From assembly GCA_963823555.1 (NCBI GenBank), contig CAWGMA010000004.1, forward strand, positions 544,001 through 608,000: 64,000 bases of DNA, in the 5' to 3' direction. A program made the translations under genes and the position numbers. Position 1 is the first letter of the stretch. Every line of letters starts with the position of its first letter. The stretch is from Candidatus Eiseniibacteriota bacterium. GTDB taxonomy: Bacteria; Eisenbacteria; RBG-16-71-46; CAVPCR01. The notes below the pieces were generated by a model, which saw only the letters and a list, made by a program, of their open reading frames with translations, was not told the origin of the DNA and searched no databases. Of this stretch, positions 39,736 through 50,700 are shown piece after piece.

Positions 39736-41108
39736 CTCTTGGGCTCGCTGTCGCCGGTCCCGAGCGCGACCCCGACCATGAACGTCAGCCGCGAGTATCT
39801 GAAGTCGATGCCTTCGATCTCGACGAGCGGTGGTTGCCCAGGCACGACGGGGGGGAAGAAGTTCCTCTGCTCATCACTTCCCCAGGCGTAGGCGATCCCG
39901 CCCGAGAAGCGGTTGCCGAACGCCTTGGCCTCGCCCCCGAAGGTCAGATGGTAGAGATCCCAGCTCGACAGGGCCATGCGGGGATCCGTTTCTTCGGAGT
40001 AGGCGGAACGATCCACCGCAAACGCGCCATAGAGCGATGTGTTGGCGTTGAGCTCATGCTCGACCCCGAAGCCGAAATCGAAGACGCTCCTCAGATCCTG
40101 ATTCATATTGAGCACGATGTCTTCATAGTTGGCACCGGGATCGATCGGCGAGCTCTCGAGGATCTTCCCATCGACGCTGTTGAACCATTCACCGCTCGCA
40201 TGAAACCGAGTCTTGTTCAAGAACCACGATCCTCCGATCCCGATTCCCCAGGATGAGCGGTAGTCCGCGTCCAGGTCATCCTGGAAGCCGGTGACCAGGA
40301 AGTTGTCGGGGGACTGGTCACCGTTGAGATCGATCCCGGTCAGCGATCGGGTGAACCCGATGTTCCCGCTTCCGAACAGGCCGAGGCTCGGGGTGGTGAG
40401 GGTGAGTCCGAACTGGAACGGCCCCCGATCGGCGGCGATCCCGAGCTTGGCCAGGAGTCGGTAGTGCGAGAACTTGGTGTTGTTGACCGTCAGAGCCGTG
40501 GAGCCCGTTCCGGCCGAATCCGCCTGGACATTCCACTCGCTGCGATAGCGATGGCTGCGATAGGCGAAATAGCCGGTGAAGCCGTAGCCGATCCCCTGGG
40601 GAGTGCGGCGCGACCAGGTGCCTCCAAACCAGGTATCCGAGGACTTCTCGTTGACGGCCACCTCGCTGGCCAGGATCGAGGCATCACGATTGACGACCGT
40701 GCGCTCGTTGACCAGGAAGTCCGCGTTCTGGCGCGGCAGGTAGGACCAGGCCAGCCGCCGGTCCGGGCTGGACCCGGGTACGTTGCCGGCGACCAGCGAG
40801 GGCGCCGTGAACCAGCGGCCGGCCTGCAGATCGAGGGAGGCAGCCGGGACCCCGCGCGACTGGATCTTCAGATTCTCTTCCTGGAGCGCATTGACCGAGA
40901 GCAGAAAGGCGGGATCGTCGGTGAGGGCGAGGCCGCCTGGGTTGTAATAGGTGGCGGAGAGGTCGCGCGCGCCGGCGATCATGACGCCGCCGATGAGCTG
41001 GCCGATCGTTCCGTACTGGATCGACCAGTAGTTCGTGTCCTGGGCTACGACCGGGCGCGGGTGGACGATGAGGAGCAACACCAGGCCGATCACGCATCTG
41101 AGCTTCAT
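39726..41108 (-). CDS. Outer-membrane transporter, FadL/OmpP1-like
   Basis: Signal peptide, DLSATYYNPGGLA hatch motif, beta-strand pattern. Confidence 0.7.
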   Translation of the reverse strand: MKLRCVIGLVLLLIVHPRPVVAQDTNYWSIQYGTIGQLIGGVMIAGARDLSATYYNPGGLALTDDPAFLLSVNALQEENLKIQSRGVPAASLDLQAGRWFTAPSLVAGNVPGSSPDRRLAWSYLPRQNADFLVNERTVVNRDASILASEVAVNEKSSDTWFGGTWSRRTPQGIGYGFTGYFAYRSHRYRSEWNVQADSAGTGSTALTVNNTKFSHYRLLAKLGIAADRGPFQFGLTLTTPSLGLFGSGNIGFTRSLTGIDLNGDQSPDNFLVTGFQDDLDADYRSSWGIGIGGSWFLNKTRFHASGEWFNSVDGKILESSPIDPGANYEDIVLNMNQDLRSVFDFGFGVEHELNANTSLYGAFAVDRSAYSEETDPRMALSSWDLYHLTFGGEAKAFGNRFSGGIAYAWGSDEQRNFFPPVVPGQPPLVEIEGIDFRYSRLTFMVGVALGTGDSEPKSQK

Positions 41109-41212
41109 GGGGCCTCCCCTGGACGAGAGAGAACAGCGGGGACATTAGCTCAGCGCTTTGCGAGCGGTCAAGGAAGCGGTCGGGGGAGTCGTTCGATGCA
41201 GCAGGAGAGGGA

Positions 41213-41881
41213 CTAGCCGGCGGCGGGCAGGCGGTTCTTGAACGATGCCAGGCGCTCGCGCTCAGCCTGGGCGCGGGCCATCTCGCTCTCCCGCATCTCG
41301 ATCTCGGCGCGCAGGATGCGGATCTCCTCGGCAACGTCGGCTTCCGCTCTGGTGCGGGTCGTCTCGAAGGCGGCGCGCTGCTGCTTGCGATCGCTGGCGA
41401 CGACGATCGCGGCCACGGCGGCGACGAGCGCGAGGCCGATGCCGGCGATGGCGGGATGGAGGTCGAAACGCACGATGGCGAGGATGGTGAGGACCACGAT
41501 GATGGCGGCCACCGCGCCCGCAATCCACGCCCGACGCGCGTCATAGGCGAAGCGGAGCCGCTGCAGGCGGAGCTCGAGCAGGGTGATCTCGCCGGTCGCG
41601 GCGTCGCGGAGCTTCTGTGCCGTTGCCTCCTTGCCGGCGATGCGCTCCGATTCGGCATCGAGGCGCATGAGGATCACCTCGCGCGCCACCAACGCCTCCT
41701 CGCCCGGAGCCTCGCGCCAGCCACGACGGATCTCGTCGATGGCGCGGTCCATGTCGTCGGCGCGGAGCGCGTCGAGAGCGCTCTTCACGTAGTAGGAGCT
41801 CGGGTACCAGCCGCGCTCCTTCGATACCTGGAGGCCGAGGCGAACCAGGGCGGCCGCGATCAGTGTAGTGAGGGTGGCCAT
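41213..41881 (-). CDS. Hypothetical membrane/coiled-coil protein (222 aa)
   Basis: RBS AAGGAG; N-terminal anchor, helical region, two TMs, C-terminal coiled coil. Confidence 0.7.
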   Translation of the reverse strand: MATLTTLIAAALVRLGLQVSKERGWYPSSYYVKSALDALRADDMDRAIDEIRRGWREAPGEEALVAREVILMRLDAESERIAGKEATAQKLRDAATGEITLLELRLQRLRFAYDARRAWIAGAVAAIIVVLTILAIVRFDLHPAIAGIGLALVAAVAAIVVASDRKQQRAAFETTRTRAEADVAEEIRILRAEIEMRESEMARAQAERERLASFKNRLPAAG

Positions 41882-41899
41882 GGCGGCGCTACACTCCTT

Positions 41900-42205
41900 C
41901 TAGTTCACGGCGAGGGCCCGCTCGAGATAGCCGACCGCCTTCGGGTAGCGCGCGCGAACGGCTTCCCATTCCTCGTTCGTGAGCTGGCTCGGTTCCTTCC
42001 CCGTGACCAGCCGGGCGCCCTCGTAGGCCATCGCCACCAGATCCCGGTTGGCGTGGGCGGCGCCGAGACCGGCGCCTGCGATCTCGAGCACGCCGTTCAC
42101 GAAGTCGATGCCCGTCATGTGCTCGATGCCGCGCTCGGCGATGTAGCCGGCGATGCCACCCATCGCGGCATGCTTGGCCGTGCGCATGATGCGGTCGTTC
42201 ATCAC
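41900..42205 (-). CDS. Hypothetical protein with Gly/Ala-zipper-like helices (about 100 aa)
   Basis: RBS GAGGAG; start overlaps the upstream stop; AMGGIAG and IAGAGLGAA. Confidence 0.7.
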   Translation of the reverse strand: MMNDRIMRTAKHAAMGGIAGYIAERGIEHMTGIDFVNGVLEIAGAGLGAAHANRDLVAMAYEGARLVTGKEPSQLTNEEWEAVRARYPKAVGYLERALAVN

Positions 42206-42462
42206 TTGTTCTTACTCCTCGATTCGCCGTCCGGGACGGGCGCGGGAAGGGTGAACCCTTCCTCCTTGAGCGCATCCAGGGACTTGCGAATGTAGCGATC
42301 CTTCTGCTCGATGGCCTTGCGCAACCGATCGACCTCGCGCGCCAGCTCCCGGGCCCGCTTGCCTCCGAAGAAGAAGTGGTAGGACTGCCCGATGAGGAGC
42401 ATGAGCGCGAGCCCGATGATGAGCCCGAAGACGAAGCTCGGGATCTGGAATTCCATGGTCAT
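42202..42462 (-). CDS. Small single-TM coiled-coil protein (86 aa)
   Basis: RBS GAGGT; FVFGLIIGLALMLLIG TM, then ELAREVDRLRKAIEQKD. Confidence 0.65.
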   Translation of the reverse strand: MTMEFQIPSFVFGLIIGLALMLLIGQSYHFFFGGKRARELAREVDRLRKAIEQKDRYIRKSLDALKEEGFTLPAPVPDGESRSKNK

Positions 42463-42598
42463 CGCTGGCACCTCGAAGTGCGCTTTGGGCTTGATGGTCC
42501 ACCTTGATCCTACCTCATCCGGGCCCGAAAAGGCTGCGCCGCTCACCCGCGGGTGAGCGGCGCCTGATCCACCATGAGCCGGGACGGCCCTCGGCCCT

Positions 42599-43003
42599 CT
42601 ACAGAATCTTGTAGGAGCCCAGGTTGAGGTGCATGAGGCCATCGTCGCCCTTGGCGACGGTGCCGGTCACCTCGCACGCCTTGGCGTTCTCCTCGCGCAG
42701 CTTCCACAGCTCGGAGTCGTGCTCGACGCCATCGATGACGTAGACATCACCGGCCGCGGTCTGGATGGCGGCGCTGCAGCTCGAGGTCTTGCCGAAGTTG
42801 CAGTGGCCGCAGCCGACGGTTCCGGTGAGGGTGACCGGGGCGGACGCTTCCGCGGCGGGCGTCTCGGTATCGGCCGCGGGAGCGGACTCCGTGGCCGCCG
42901 ATTGCGTGTCGCCGTGGGTTGCCGCCTGCTCGCCCTGCTGGCCGCCACAGCCGATGAGAGCCAGCCCGAAGAGGAGGGCGCAAACACCTGTGAGCAGTTT
43001 CAT
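42599..43003 (-). CDS. Cys-rich lipoprotein (DUF6370-like)
   Basis: Lipobox LIGC, Ala/Pro linker, CGHCNFGKTSSC...YVIDG. Confidence 0.6.
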   Translation of the reverse strand: MKLLTGVCALLFGLALIGCGGQQGEQAATHGDTQSAATESAPAADTETPAAEASAPVTLTGTVGCGHCNFGKTSSCSAAIQTAAGDVYVIDGVEHDSELWKLREENAKACEVTGTVAKGDDGLMHLNLGSYKIL

Positions 43004-43099
43004 AACGGTCGAACCTCCAAATGTCCTTGAGGGGATGGCTGCGCGCAACCGAACGGCTGCGCGGGGGGATCGAAAAGACTATCACATGGTGGTCCAGCG

Positions 43100-43711
43100 T
43101 CAAGACGGGCCCGGGCCGCCCACGACCTCCTCGACGAAGAAGCGGTGGACGCGCGGGTCCGCCGTCAGCTCGGGGTGGAAGGTCGCCCCCAGGAGATGTC
43201 CCTGCCTGACGAGCACGGGTTCCAGGGGGAGGCCGTGCTCGCTGCCTCCGGCGAGACGTCCCAGCACCTCGACCCCCGCGCCGCAGTCGAGGATGCGCGG
43301 GGCGCGGATGAACACGCCCTCGATCGTCCCGCCCAGCGGCTCGGACGCGACCACGCCGATGAAGCTATCGACCTGCCGGCCGAAGGCGTTCCGCGCCACC
43401 TTCACATCGAGGATCCCGAGGCTCGCCTGCTCGGGGTTCGTCACCTCGCGGGCGAGCAGGATCACGCCGGCGCAGGTGCCGAAGGTGGGACGGGTGGCCA
43501 CGTAATCGACGAGCGCATCACGGAGACCGTTGCGTTCGAGGAGCCGGAGGATGGTTGTCGATTCGCCGCCTGGGATGACGAGTCCCGCAAGATCCTCGAG
43601 ATCCGCGGCGCCGCGCACGAGGCGCACGCCCGCGCCGAGCTGCTCGAGCATGGCGGCGTGCGCCGCGTAGTCGCCCTGGAGGGCGAGGATGCCGATCGTC
43701 GGTGAAGCCAT
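43100..43711 (-). CDS. pdxT: PLP synthase glutaminase subunit
   Basis: GILALQGD, PGGESTT, GTCAG, RNAFGRQVDSF, FIRAP, FHPE. Confidence 0.95.
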   Translation of the reverse strand: MASPTIGILALQGDYAAHAAMLEQLGAGVRLVRGAADLEDLAGLVIPGGESTTILRLLERNGLRDALVDYVATRPTFGTCAGVILLAREVTNPEQASLGILDVKVARNAFGRQVDSFIGVVASEPLGGTIEGVFIRAPRILDCGAGVEVLGRLAGGSEHGLPLEPVLVRQGHLLGATFHPELTADPRVHRFFVEEVVGGPGPS

Positions 43712-43754
43712 CGGGGACGACCTTCCTTCCGTTCCTTCTTCTCTGGCCCTCGCC

Positions 43755-44639
<885 letters not shown>

Positions 44640-44654
44640 TGGAGCACCCTCCTG

Positions 44655-46241
44655 TTACAGGTGCGGCAGCGAGCGTGCAGCCGCGCGCCGGGCCTGGCCG
44701 TCGGGACCAGGCCCGGCGCGCAATTGCCGTTTGATGAGCCGCCCGAGAACCTCGATCCCACGCTCGATCTCGGGGCGATCGGTGCGGGCGATGGACAGCC
44801 GGAAGCAGTTCTCGCCTTCGGCGCGGTGGAAGAAGTAAGGGCCGGGAGTGAAGACGACCCCTTGCCGGCGCGATTCGGCGAGGAGATCGGTGACGCGCAT
44901 CGCCGGCGGCAGCGTCACCCAGAGCGCATAGCCGCCATCGGGGCGCGTCCACGTCGCATCGGCCGGGAAGTGGCGCTCGAGTGCCGCGAGGAGCGAGGTC
45001 CGGCGCTGGCGGTAGATGCGATGCAGCTTCTTGAGATGCTTCTCGTAGTGGCCGCCGCGGCAGAAGGCGGCGATCACCGCCTGCGCCAGCGAGCTCGTGT
45101 GGAGATCGGCATAGCGCTTGGCGAGGAGGAGCCGCTCGAGCACCGCCGGGGGCGCGGCGATCCAGCCCAGGCGGAGCCCCGGGAAGAGACCCTTGGAGAA
45201 GGTCCCGAGATGCATGATGAGCGCCTCGGGAGCGATCGCCTTCAGGCCCGGGAGCCCGTTGCCGAGAAGCCGCAGGTCCTTCTCGTAGTCGTCCTCGACG
45301 ACCGGGATCGAGTGCCGGCGCGCGATGTCGGCGAGCCCCTGGCGGGTCTCGAGGTTCATCGTGAGCCCGGTCGGGTTCTGGAAGTTGGGCATCGTGTAGA
45401 TGAGCTTCGGCCGGCGCTCGGCGACGACGGCGGAGAGAACGTCGAGGTCGAGTCCCTGCGGGGTCATCGGAACCTCGATCACGTCGGCGCGATAGAAGCC
45501 GAGCGCGGGCAGCAGACTCCAGTAGGTGGGCGATTCGACGACCACCGGATCGCCGGGATCCACGAACGCGCGCAGGAGGAGGTCGAGCCCCTGCTGGGCG
45601 CCGTTGACGATCACGATGTGATCGGCGGTGACCTGCATGCCGGCGCGGTTGAGCTCGCCAGCCAGGAACGTGCGGAGCTCGGGGTCGCCCTCGGGGGCCG
45701 AGTATTGAAGGAGCTCGCGCCCGCGGCGCGCGAGCACGTCCGCCATCAGGCGCCGGAAGGTGGCGACCGGGAAGAAGCTCTCGTCGGGGAAGAGGGCGGC
45801 GAAGTCGACCGCCTCCGGATGGTCGACGGTGAGGGGTTCCCGCGTCGGGAACCCCATGAGCTGCTCCATGCCGCGGGAGTAGGGCGCGGACCAGGGGACG
45901 CCGGAGATATCGGCGGCCGTGCCCTCGCGAGGGAGGGGGTCAGGCTGGGCTGGGTCGGCCACCGCGGTGGCGGGCGGGAGGCCCGAGCTCCGGCCGCGCG
46001 CGGCCTCGGCGCCGACGAAGGTTCCGCGGCCGACCCGTGCCTCCACGTACCCGAGCGTGCCGAGGGCGTCATAGGCGGCGGTGACCGTGGCGCGGTTCAC
46101 CTTGAGGTCGCGGGCTAGCGTGCGGGAAGGCGGCAAGCGCGTTCCTGCCGGAAGCGTCCCGGACTCGATCATGCTCCGGAGCTTCTGGGCGATCTGCCGG
46201 TAGACCGGCACCGAGTGGTCGCGTTCGAGCTCGATCCGCAT
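44655..46241 (-). CDS. MocR/GabR-type GntR regulator with PLP-dependent aminotransferase-like domain (PdxR-like)
   Basis: PVYRQI...LPPSRTLA...VNRATV wHTH; GAQQGL, FQNPTG, EDDY, TFSKGLFPGLRLGW; 15 bp upstream of pdxS. Confidence 0.9.
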   Translation of the reverse strand: MRIELERDHSVPVYRQIAQKLRSMIESGTLPAGTRLPPSRTLARDLKVNRATVTAAYDALGTLGYVEARVGRGTFVGAEAARGRSSGLPPATAVADPAQPDPLPREGTAADISGVPWSAPYSRGMEQLMGFPTREPLTVDHPEAVDFAALFPDESFFPVATFRRLMADVLARRGRELLQYSAPEGDPELRTFLAGELNRAGMQVTADHIVIVNGAQQGLDLLLRAFVDPGDPVVVESPTYWSLLPALGFYRADVIEVPMTPQGLDLDVLSAVVAERRPKLIYTMPNFQNPTGLTMNLETRQGLADIARRHSIPVVEDDYEKDLRLLGNGLPGLKAIAPEALIMHLGTFSKGLFPGLRLGWIAAPPAVLERLLLAKRYADLHTSSLAQAVIAAFCRGGHYEKHLKKLHRIYRQRRTSLLAALERHFPADATWTRPDGGYALWVTLPPAMRVTDLLAESRRQGVVFTPGPYFFHRAEGENCFRLSIARTDRPEIERGIEVLGRLIKRQLRAGPGPDGQARRAAARSLPHL

Positions 46242-46267
46242 CGTCTTGCCAGGCTGGGGGACGAGTC

Positions 46268-46409
46268 GATTGGATGGTCCAATATCCAATTGGCCCATCT
46301 CTCTTGACGCTCTGATTGTCGACCCGGGCTGAGGCCGGGTCAAGGGCTTTTTGGGCGCCGATTCTGGCCAAACAGCGGATCGGTCCTGAGTGATTGGATG
46401 GTCCAATCA
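46268..46409. promoter_or_regulatory. Two identical palindromic operator-like sites GATTGGATGGTCCAAT (46268-46283 and 46392-46407)
   Basis: 16-bp exact repeat 124 bp apart. Each copy is an ATTGGA-N3-TCCAAT palindrome, upstream of the MocR-pdxS-pdxT operon. Confidence 0.7.
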
Positions 46410-46454
46410 GGCTGGATTGGCGGGTCTGCGAGGTGAGCGAAGGGCCGCTGGCTG

Positions 46455-47612
46455 CTACTGCGCCGCCATCGACTCCTTCATGAGGGTGCGCGCGATCACC
46501 AGGCGCTGGATCTCGGAGGTGCCCTCGCCGATCGTGCACAGCTTGGCGTCGCGGAAGAACTTCTCGGCCGGGAAGTCCTTGGTGTAGCCATAGCCGCCGA
46601 AGATCTGGAGCGCGTCGTTGGTGGCGCGCACGCCGACCTCCGAGGCGAAGAGCTTGGCCATGGCCGAATGCCGCGTCACGGCCATCCCGCGGTCCTTCAT
46701 CCACGCCGCGTGATAGGTGAGGAGACGGGCGGCATCGATCTCCTTGGCCATGTCGGCGAGCATGTTCTGCACCGCCTGGAACTGGGAGATCGGCTGGTCG
46801 AACTGCTCGCGCTCCTTCGAGTACTGGAGGGCGGCGCGGAAGGCGCCCTCGGCCATGCCGAGCGCGAGCGCGGCGATCGAGATGCGGCCGCCGTCGAGGA
46901 TCATCATCGCATCGTGGAAGCCCTCGCCCTCGGCGCCGAGACGATTGGCGGCGGGTACGGCGCAATCCTGCATCACGAGCTCGGCGGTGTCCGAGGCGCG
47001 GAGCCCGAGCTTGTCCTCCTTCTTGCCGGGAGTGAAGCCGGGGGTGCCCTTCTCGATGATGAAGGCGGTGATGCCCTTCTTCCCGAGCTTGGGATCGACC
47101 GTGGCGTAGACCACGGAGACATCGGCCTGCGTGCCCTGCGAGGCGAAGGTCTTCGAGCCGTTGAGGATGTACTGGTCGCCGTCCTTCTTGGCCACGGTCT
47201 TGGTGCCGCCGGCGTCGGAGCCGGCGGTGGGCTCGGTCAGGCTCCAGGCCCCGATCCACTCGCCGCTCGTGAGCTTCGGCAGGTAGCGCCGCTTCTGTTC
47301 CTCGCTGCCGGCGTCGAAGATCGCGTTCGTGCAGAGGGAGTTGTGGGCGGCGACGGTGATCCCCACCGAGCCGTCCACCCGGCTCAGTTCCTCGACCGCG
47401 AGGACGTAATCGATGTAACTCAGGCCTGCTCCGCCGTACTCCTCGGGGAAGATGATGCCCATGATGCCGAGGTCGCCGAGCTTCTTGTACACCTCGCGCG
47501 GGAAGTGCTGACCCTCGTCCCACTCGCGCACGTGGGGCTTGATCTCCTCCTCGGCGAACTGGCGGAGGGTCTTCTGGAACAGCTTCTGTTCGGCGGTGAA
47601 ATCGAAATCCAC
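46455..47612 (-). CDS. Acyl-CoA dehydrogenase
   Basis: [53 protein letters not shown] start after AAGGAG. Confidence 0.95.
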   Translation of the reverse strand: MDFDFTAEQKLFQKTLRQFAEEEIKPHVREWDEGQHFPREVYKKLGDLGIMGIIFPEEYGGAGLSYIDYVLAVEELSRVDGSVGITVAAHNSLCTNAIFDAGSEEQKRRYLPKLTSGEWIGAWSLTEPTAGSDAGGTKTVAKKDGDQYILNGSKTFASQGTQADVSVVYATVDPKLGKKGITAFIIEKGTPGFTPGKKEDKLGLRASDTAELVMQDCAVPAANRLGAEGEGFHDAMMILDGGRISIAALALGMAEGAFRAALQYSKEREQFDQPISQFQAVQNMLADMAKEIDAARLLTYHAAWMKDRGMAVTRHSAMAKLFASEVGVRATNDALQIFGGYGYTKDFPAEKFFRDAKLCTIGEGTSEIQRLVIARTLMKESMAAQ

Positions 47613-47709
47613 GGTTCGCTCCTTGGAACGGCGCGAGATGAGGGTCTTGGATTGTAGGCGATCGGAGGGCGGGCAGGCAAGCCGCCGCCGTGGCTCGGGC
47701 GATGCCGCT

Positions 47710-50700
47710 CTAGGCGACGCCGAAGTGCCGGGCCAGTGCCGTGCCGGTGTGCGAGCGCCGCCGGGCGCGGGCGAGATCGAGGGGATGCCCGGTGGCGACG
47801 ACGCGCCCGCCTGCGACTCCACCCTCCGGACCGAGGTCGATCACGTGATCCGCCGCCGCGATGAACTCGAGGTTGTGCTCGATGACGATGACGGTGTCGT
47901 CGCGATCGACGAGGCGGTGGAGGCAGGCAATGAGCTTCTCGGTGTCGCCGAGGTGGAGCCCGGTCGTCGGTTCGTCGAGGAGATAGACCGTGCCGCCGCC
48001 CGTGCCCCGGCCGAGCTCGGCCGCGAGCTTGATCCGCTGCGCCTCGCCGCCGGAGAGCGTGTTCGACGGCTGGCCGAGCGTGAGGTAGCCGAGTCCGATC
48101 TCCTCGAGCACCTGGAGCCGGCGGTGGATCGAGGGGATGGCGGCGAACGCATCCTCGGCTTCCGAGATGGTGAGCGCGAGGATGTCGGCGATCGAGCGTC
48201 CATCCCACACGATCTCGAGCGTCTCTGCGTTGAATCGCCGGCCGCCGCAGGAGTCGCAGTCGACGTAGACATTGGGGAGGAAGTTCATCTCCACCTTGAC
48301 CCGCCCCTGCCCGGCGCAGGTCTCGCAGCGGCCGCCGGCCACGTTGAAGCTGAAGCGGTTCGGCGCGTAGCCGCGCGCCCGCGCCGCCGGCGTCTGGGCG
48401 AGGAGGCCGCGGATCTCCGCCAGCACGCCGACGTAGGTGGCGGGTACCGAGCGCGGCGTCTTGCCGATCGGGGACTGATCCACCTCGGCGACGCGCCGCA
48501 CCTCGCCCCGGAGCTCGAGGCCGCGATGACGTGCGGGCGCGCGCCCCTCCTTGAGGCCCAGCTCCTGCCTCAGCGCGTGGTACAGGATGTCGCGGACGAG
48601 CGTGGATTTTCCCGAACCCGAGACCCCGGTGACGCAGGTGAGGGTCCCCAGCGGGAACTCGACGTCGATCTCCTTGAGGTTGTGCTCGGCGGCGCCGAGG
48701 ACGCGGACGAAGCTGCCGCTCGGGATGCGGCGCGGGGCCGGCTCCGGGGCCTTCTGGCGGCGGAGGAAGGCCCCGGTCGGCGAGGAACGAACGCGTGCCA
48801 CCTGGGCCGGCGAGCCCTGGGCCACGACGCGCCCGCCCGCGGCCCCCGCCGCGGGACCGAGATCGATCACCTGATCGGCGGCCCGGATCGTATCCTCGTC
48901 GTGCTCGACCACGATCACCGAGTTGCCGCGATCGCGAAGCCCGGTGAGGGTCGCGAGCAGCTTCCCGTGGTCGCGCGGATGGAGGCCGATCGTGGGCTCG
49001 TCGAGGATGTAGAGAACGCCGCGAAGGTTCGAGCCGAGCTGGGCGGCAAGCCGGATCCGCTGCGCCTCGCCGCCGGAGAGCGTGTCGGCGCTGCGGTCGA
49101 GGCTCAGGTAGGGGAGACCGACCTCGGCGAGGAAGCGGAGCCGGGAGGCGATCTCCGCGGCGAGCGGGCCGGCGATCGGGGTCTCCCTCGCGCCGAGCTT
49201 GAGGGTCGAGAAGAAGCGGAGCGCGTCGGCGACCGTGAGCGCCGAGAGCTCGGCGATCGAGTGCTTGCGGAAGGTGACGGCGAGGGACTCGCGCCGGAGA
49301 CGCGCGCCGCTGCAGTCAGGACACGCCATGTCGCCGTTCCCGGATTCCTCCGTCGATTCCTCGTCCTCCTCTTCCGCTTCGGGATGCCCGAGTACGCCGA
49401 GTCCGTTGCAGCGGGGACAGGCGCCGAGCGGCGAGTTGAAGGAGAAGGCGCGCGGATCGAGCTCGTCGAGCCCGAGCCCGCAATCGGGACAGGCGAGCCG
49501 CTCGGAGAGCGTCACTTCCTCGCCGCGCGCGGGCACGATGCGCACCGCGCCGCGCCCGAGATCGAGGCTCTCCTCGATGGCGGCGAGCAGCGCCTCACCA
49601 TCAGAAACGGCAACCGACTTCACCACCGCCTCGATGCGGTGCTCGCGATAGCGATCGAGCTTGGGGAGGGGGGAGAGCGGCACGACCTGGCCGTCGATCC
49701 GCGCCGCCTCGTAGCCCTGCTTCCGGAGGCGGGCCAGCACGTCCTTGTGGAACCCCTTGCGATCGCGCACCACGGGCGCAAGCAGCGCGACCCGCTGCTT
49801 TGGAAAGCGCCGCTTCACCTCGTCGCGGATCTGCCGCCGCGTCTGGGGCACGATCTCGATCCGGCAGTCGGGGCAGTGCGGCGTTCCTGTGCGCGCGAAT
49901 AGAAGCCGCATGAAAGGATAGATCTCGGTCGCCGTCGCCACCGTCGACTTCCGCCCGCCGCGCGACACGCGCTGCTCGATGGCCACGGTCGGCGGCAGGC
50001 CGCGCGTGGCCTCGACATCGGCGCGTGGCATCTGGGTCACGAACTGGCGGGCGTAGGCCGAGAGGCTCTCCATGTAGCGGCGCTGGCCCTCGGCGAAGAG
50101 GATGTCGTAGGCGAGCGTCGACTTTCCCGAGCCGCTGGGCCCGGTGATCACCACCAGGCGATCGCGCGGGATGTCGACATCGATGTTCTTGAGATTGTTC
50201 TGGCGCGCTCCCCGGACCTCCACGAACTCGGGACCCCGGCGCCGCCGGCCGTTCCGCGGCGGTTCCACGCCGGCTTCCGGAGCGGCGCCCGCCACAGGAG
50301 GCGCAGACGGAACGTGCCGCTTGCCGAGCCGGTACACGCCCGGTTCCTCCTGGATCGCCGCCGCCCGCGCGAGGAGCGGCGCCAGATGCCTCCCGGTGTG
50401 CGAGCGCGTGGTCTCGGCGATCCGCTCGGGCGCGCCGGCGGCGACGATCTCGCCGCCCAGATCACCGCCCTCGGGGCCGAGATCGATCACCCAGTCGGCG
50501 GCCGCGATCACCTCGAGATGATGCTCGATCACGACCACCGAGTGCCCGAGGTCGACGAGCCGCTGCAGCGCGCCGAGGAGGATATCGACATCGGCGAGAT
50601 GAAGGCCGGTGGTCGGCTCATCGAACAGGAAGAGGCTTCCTTGCAGGAGCGCCGACTTCAAGTGCGCGGCGAGCTTCAAGCGCTGGGCCTCGCCTCCCGA

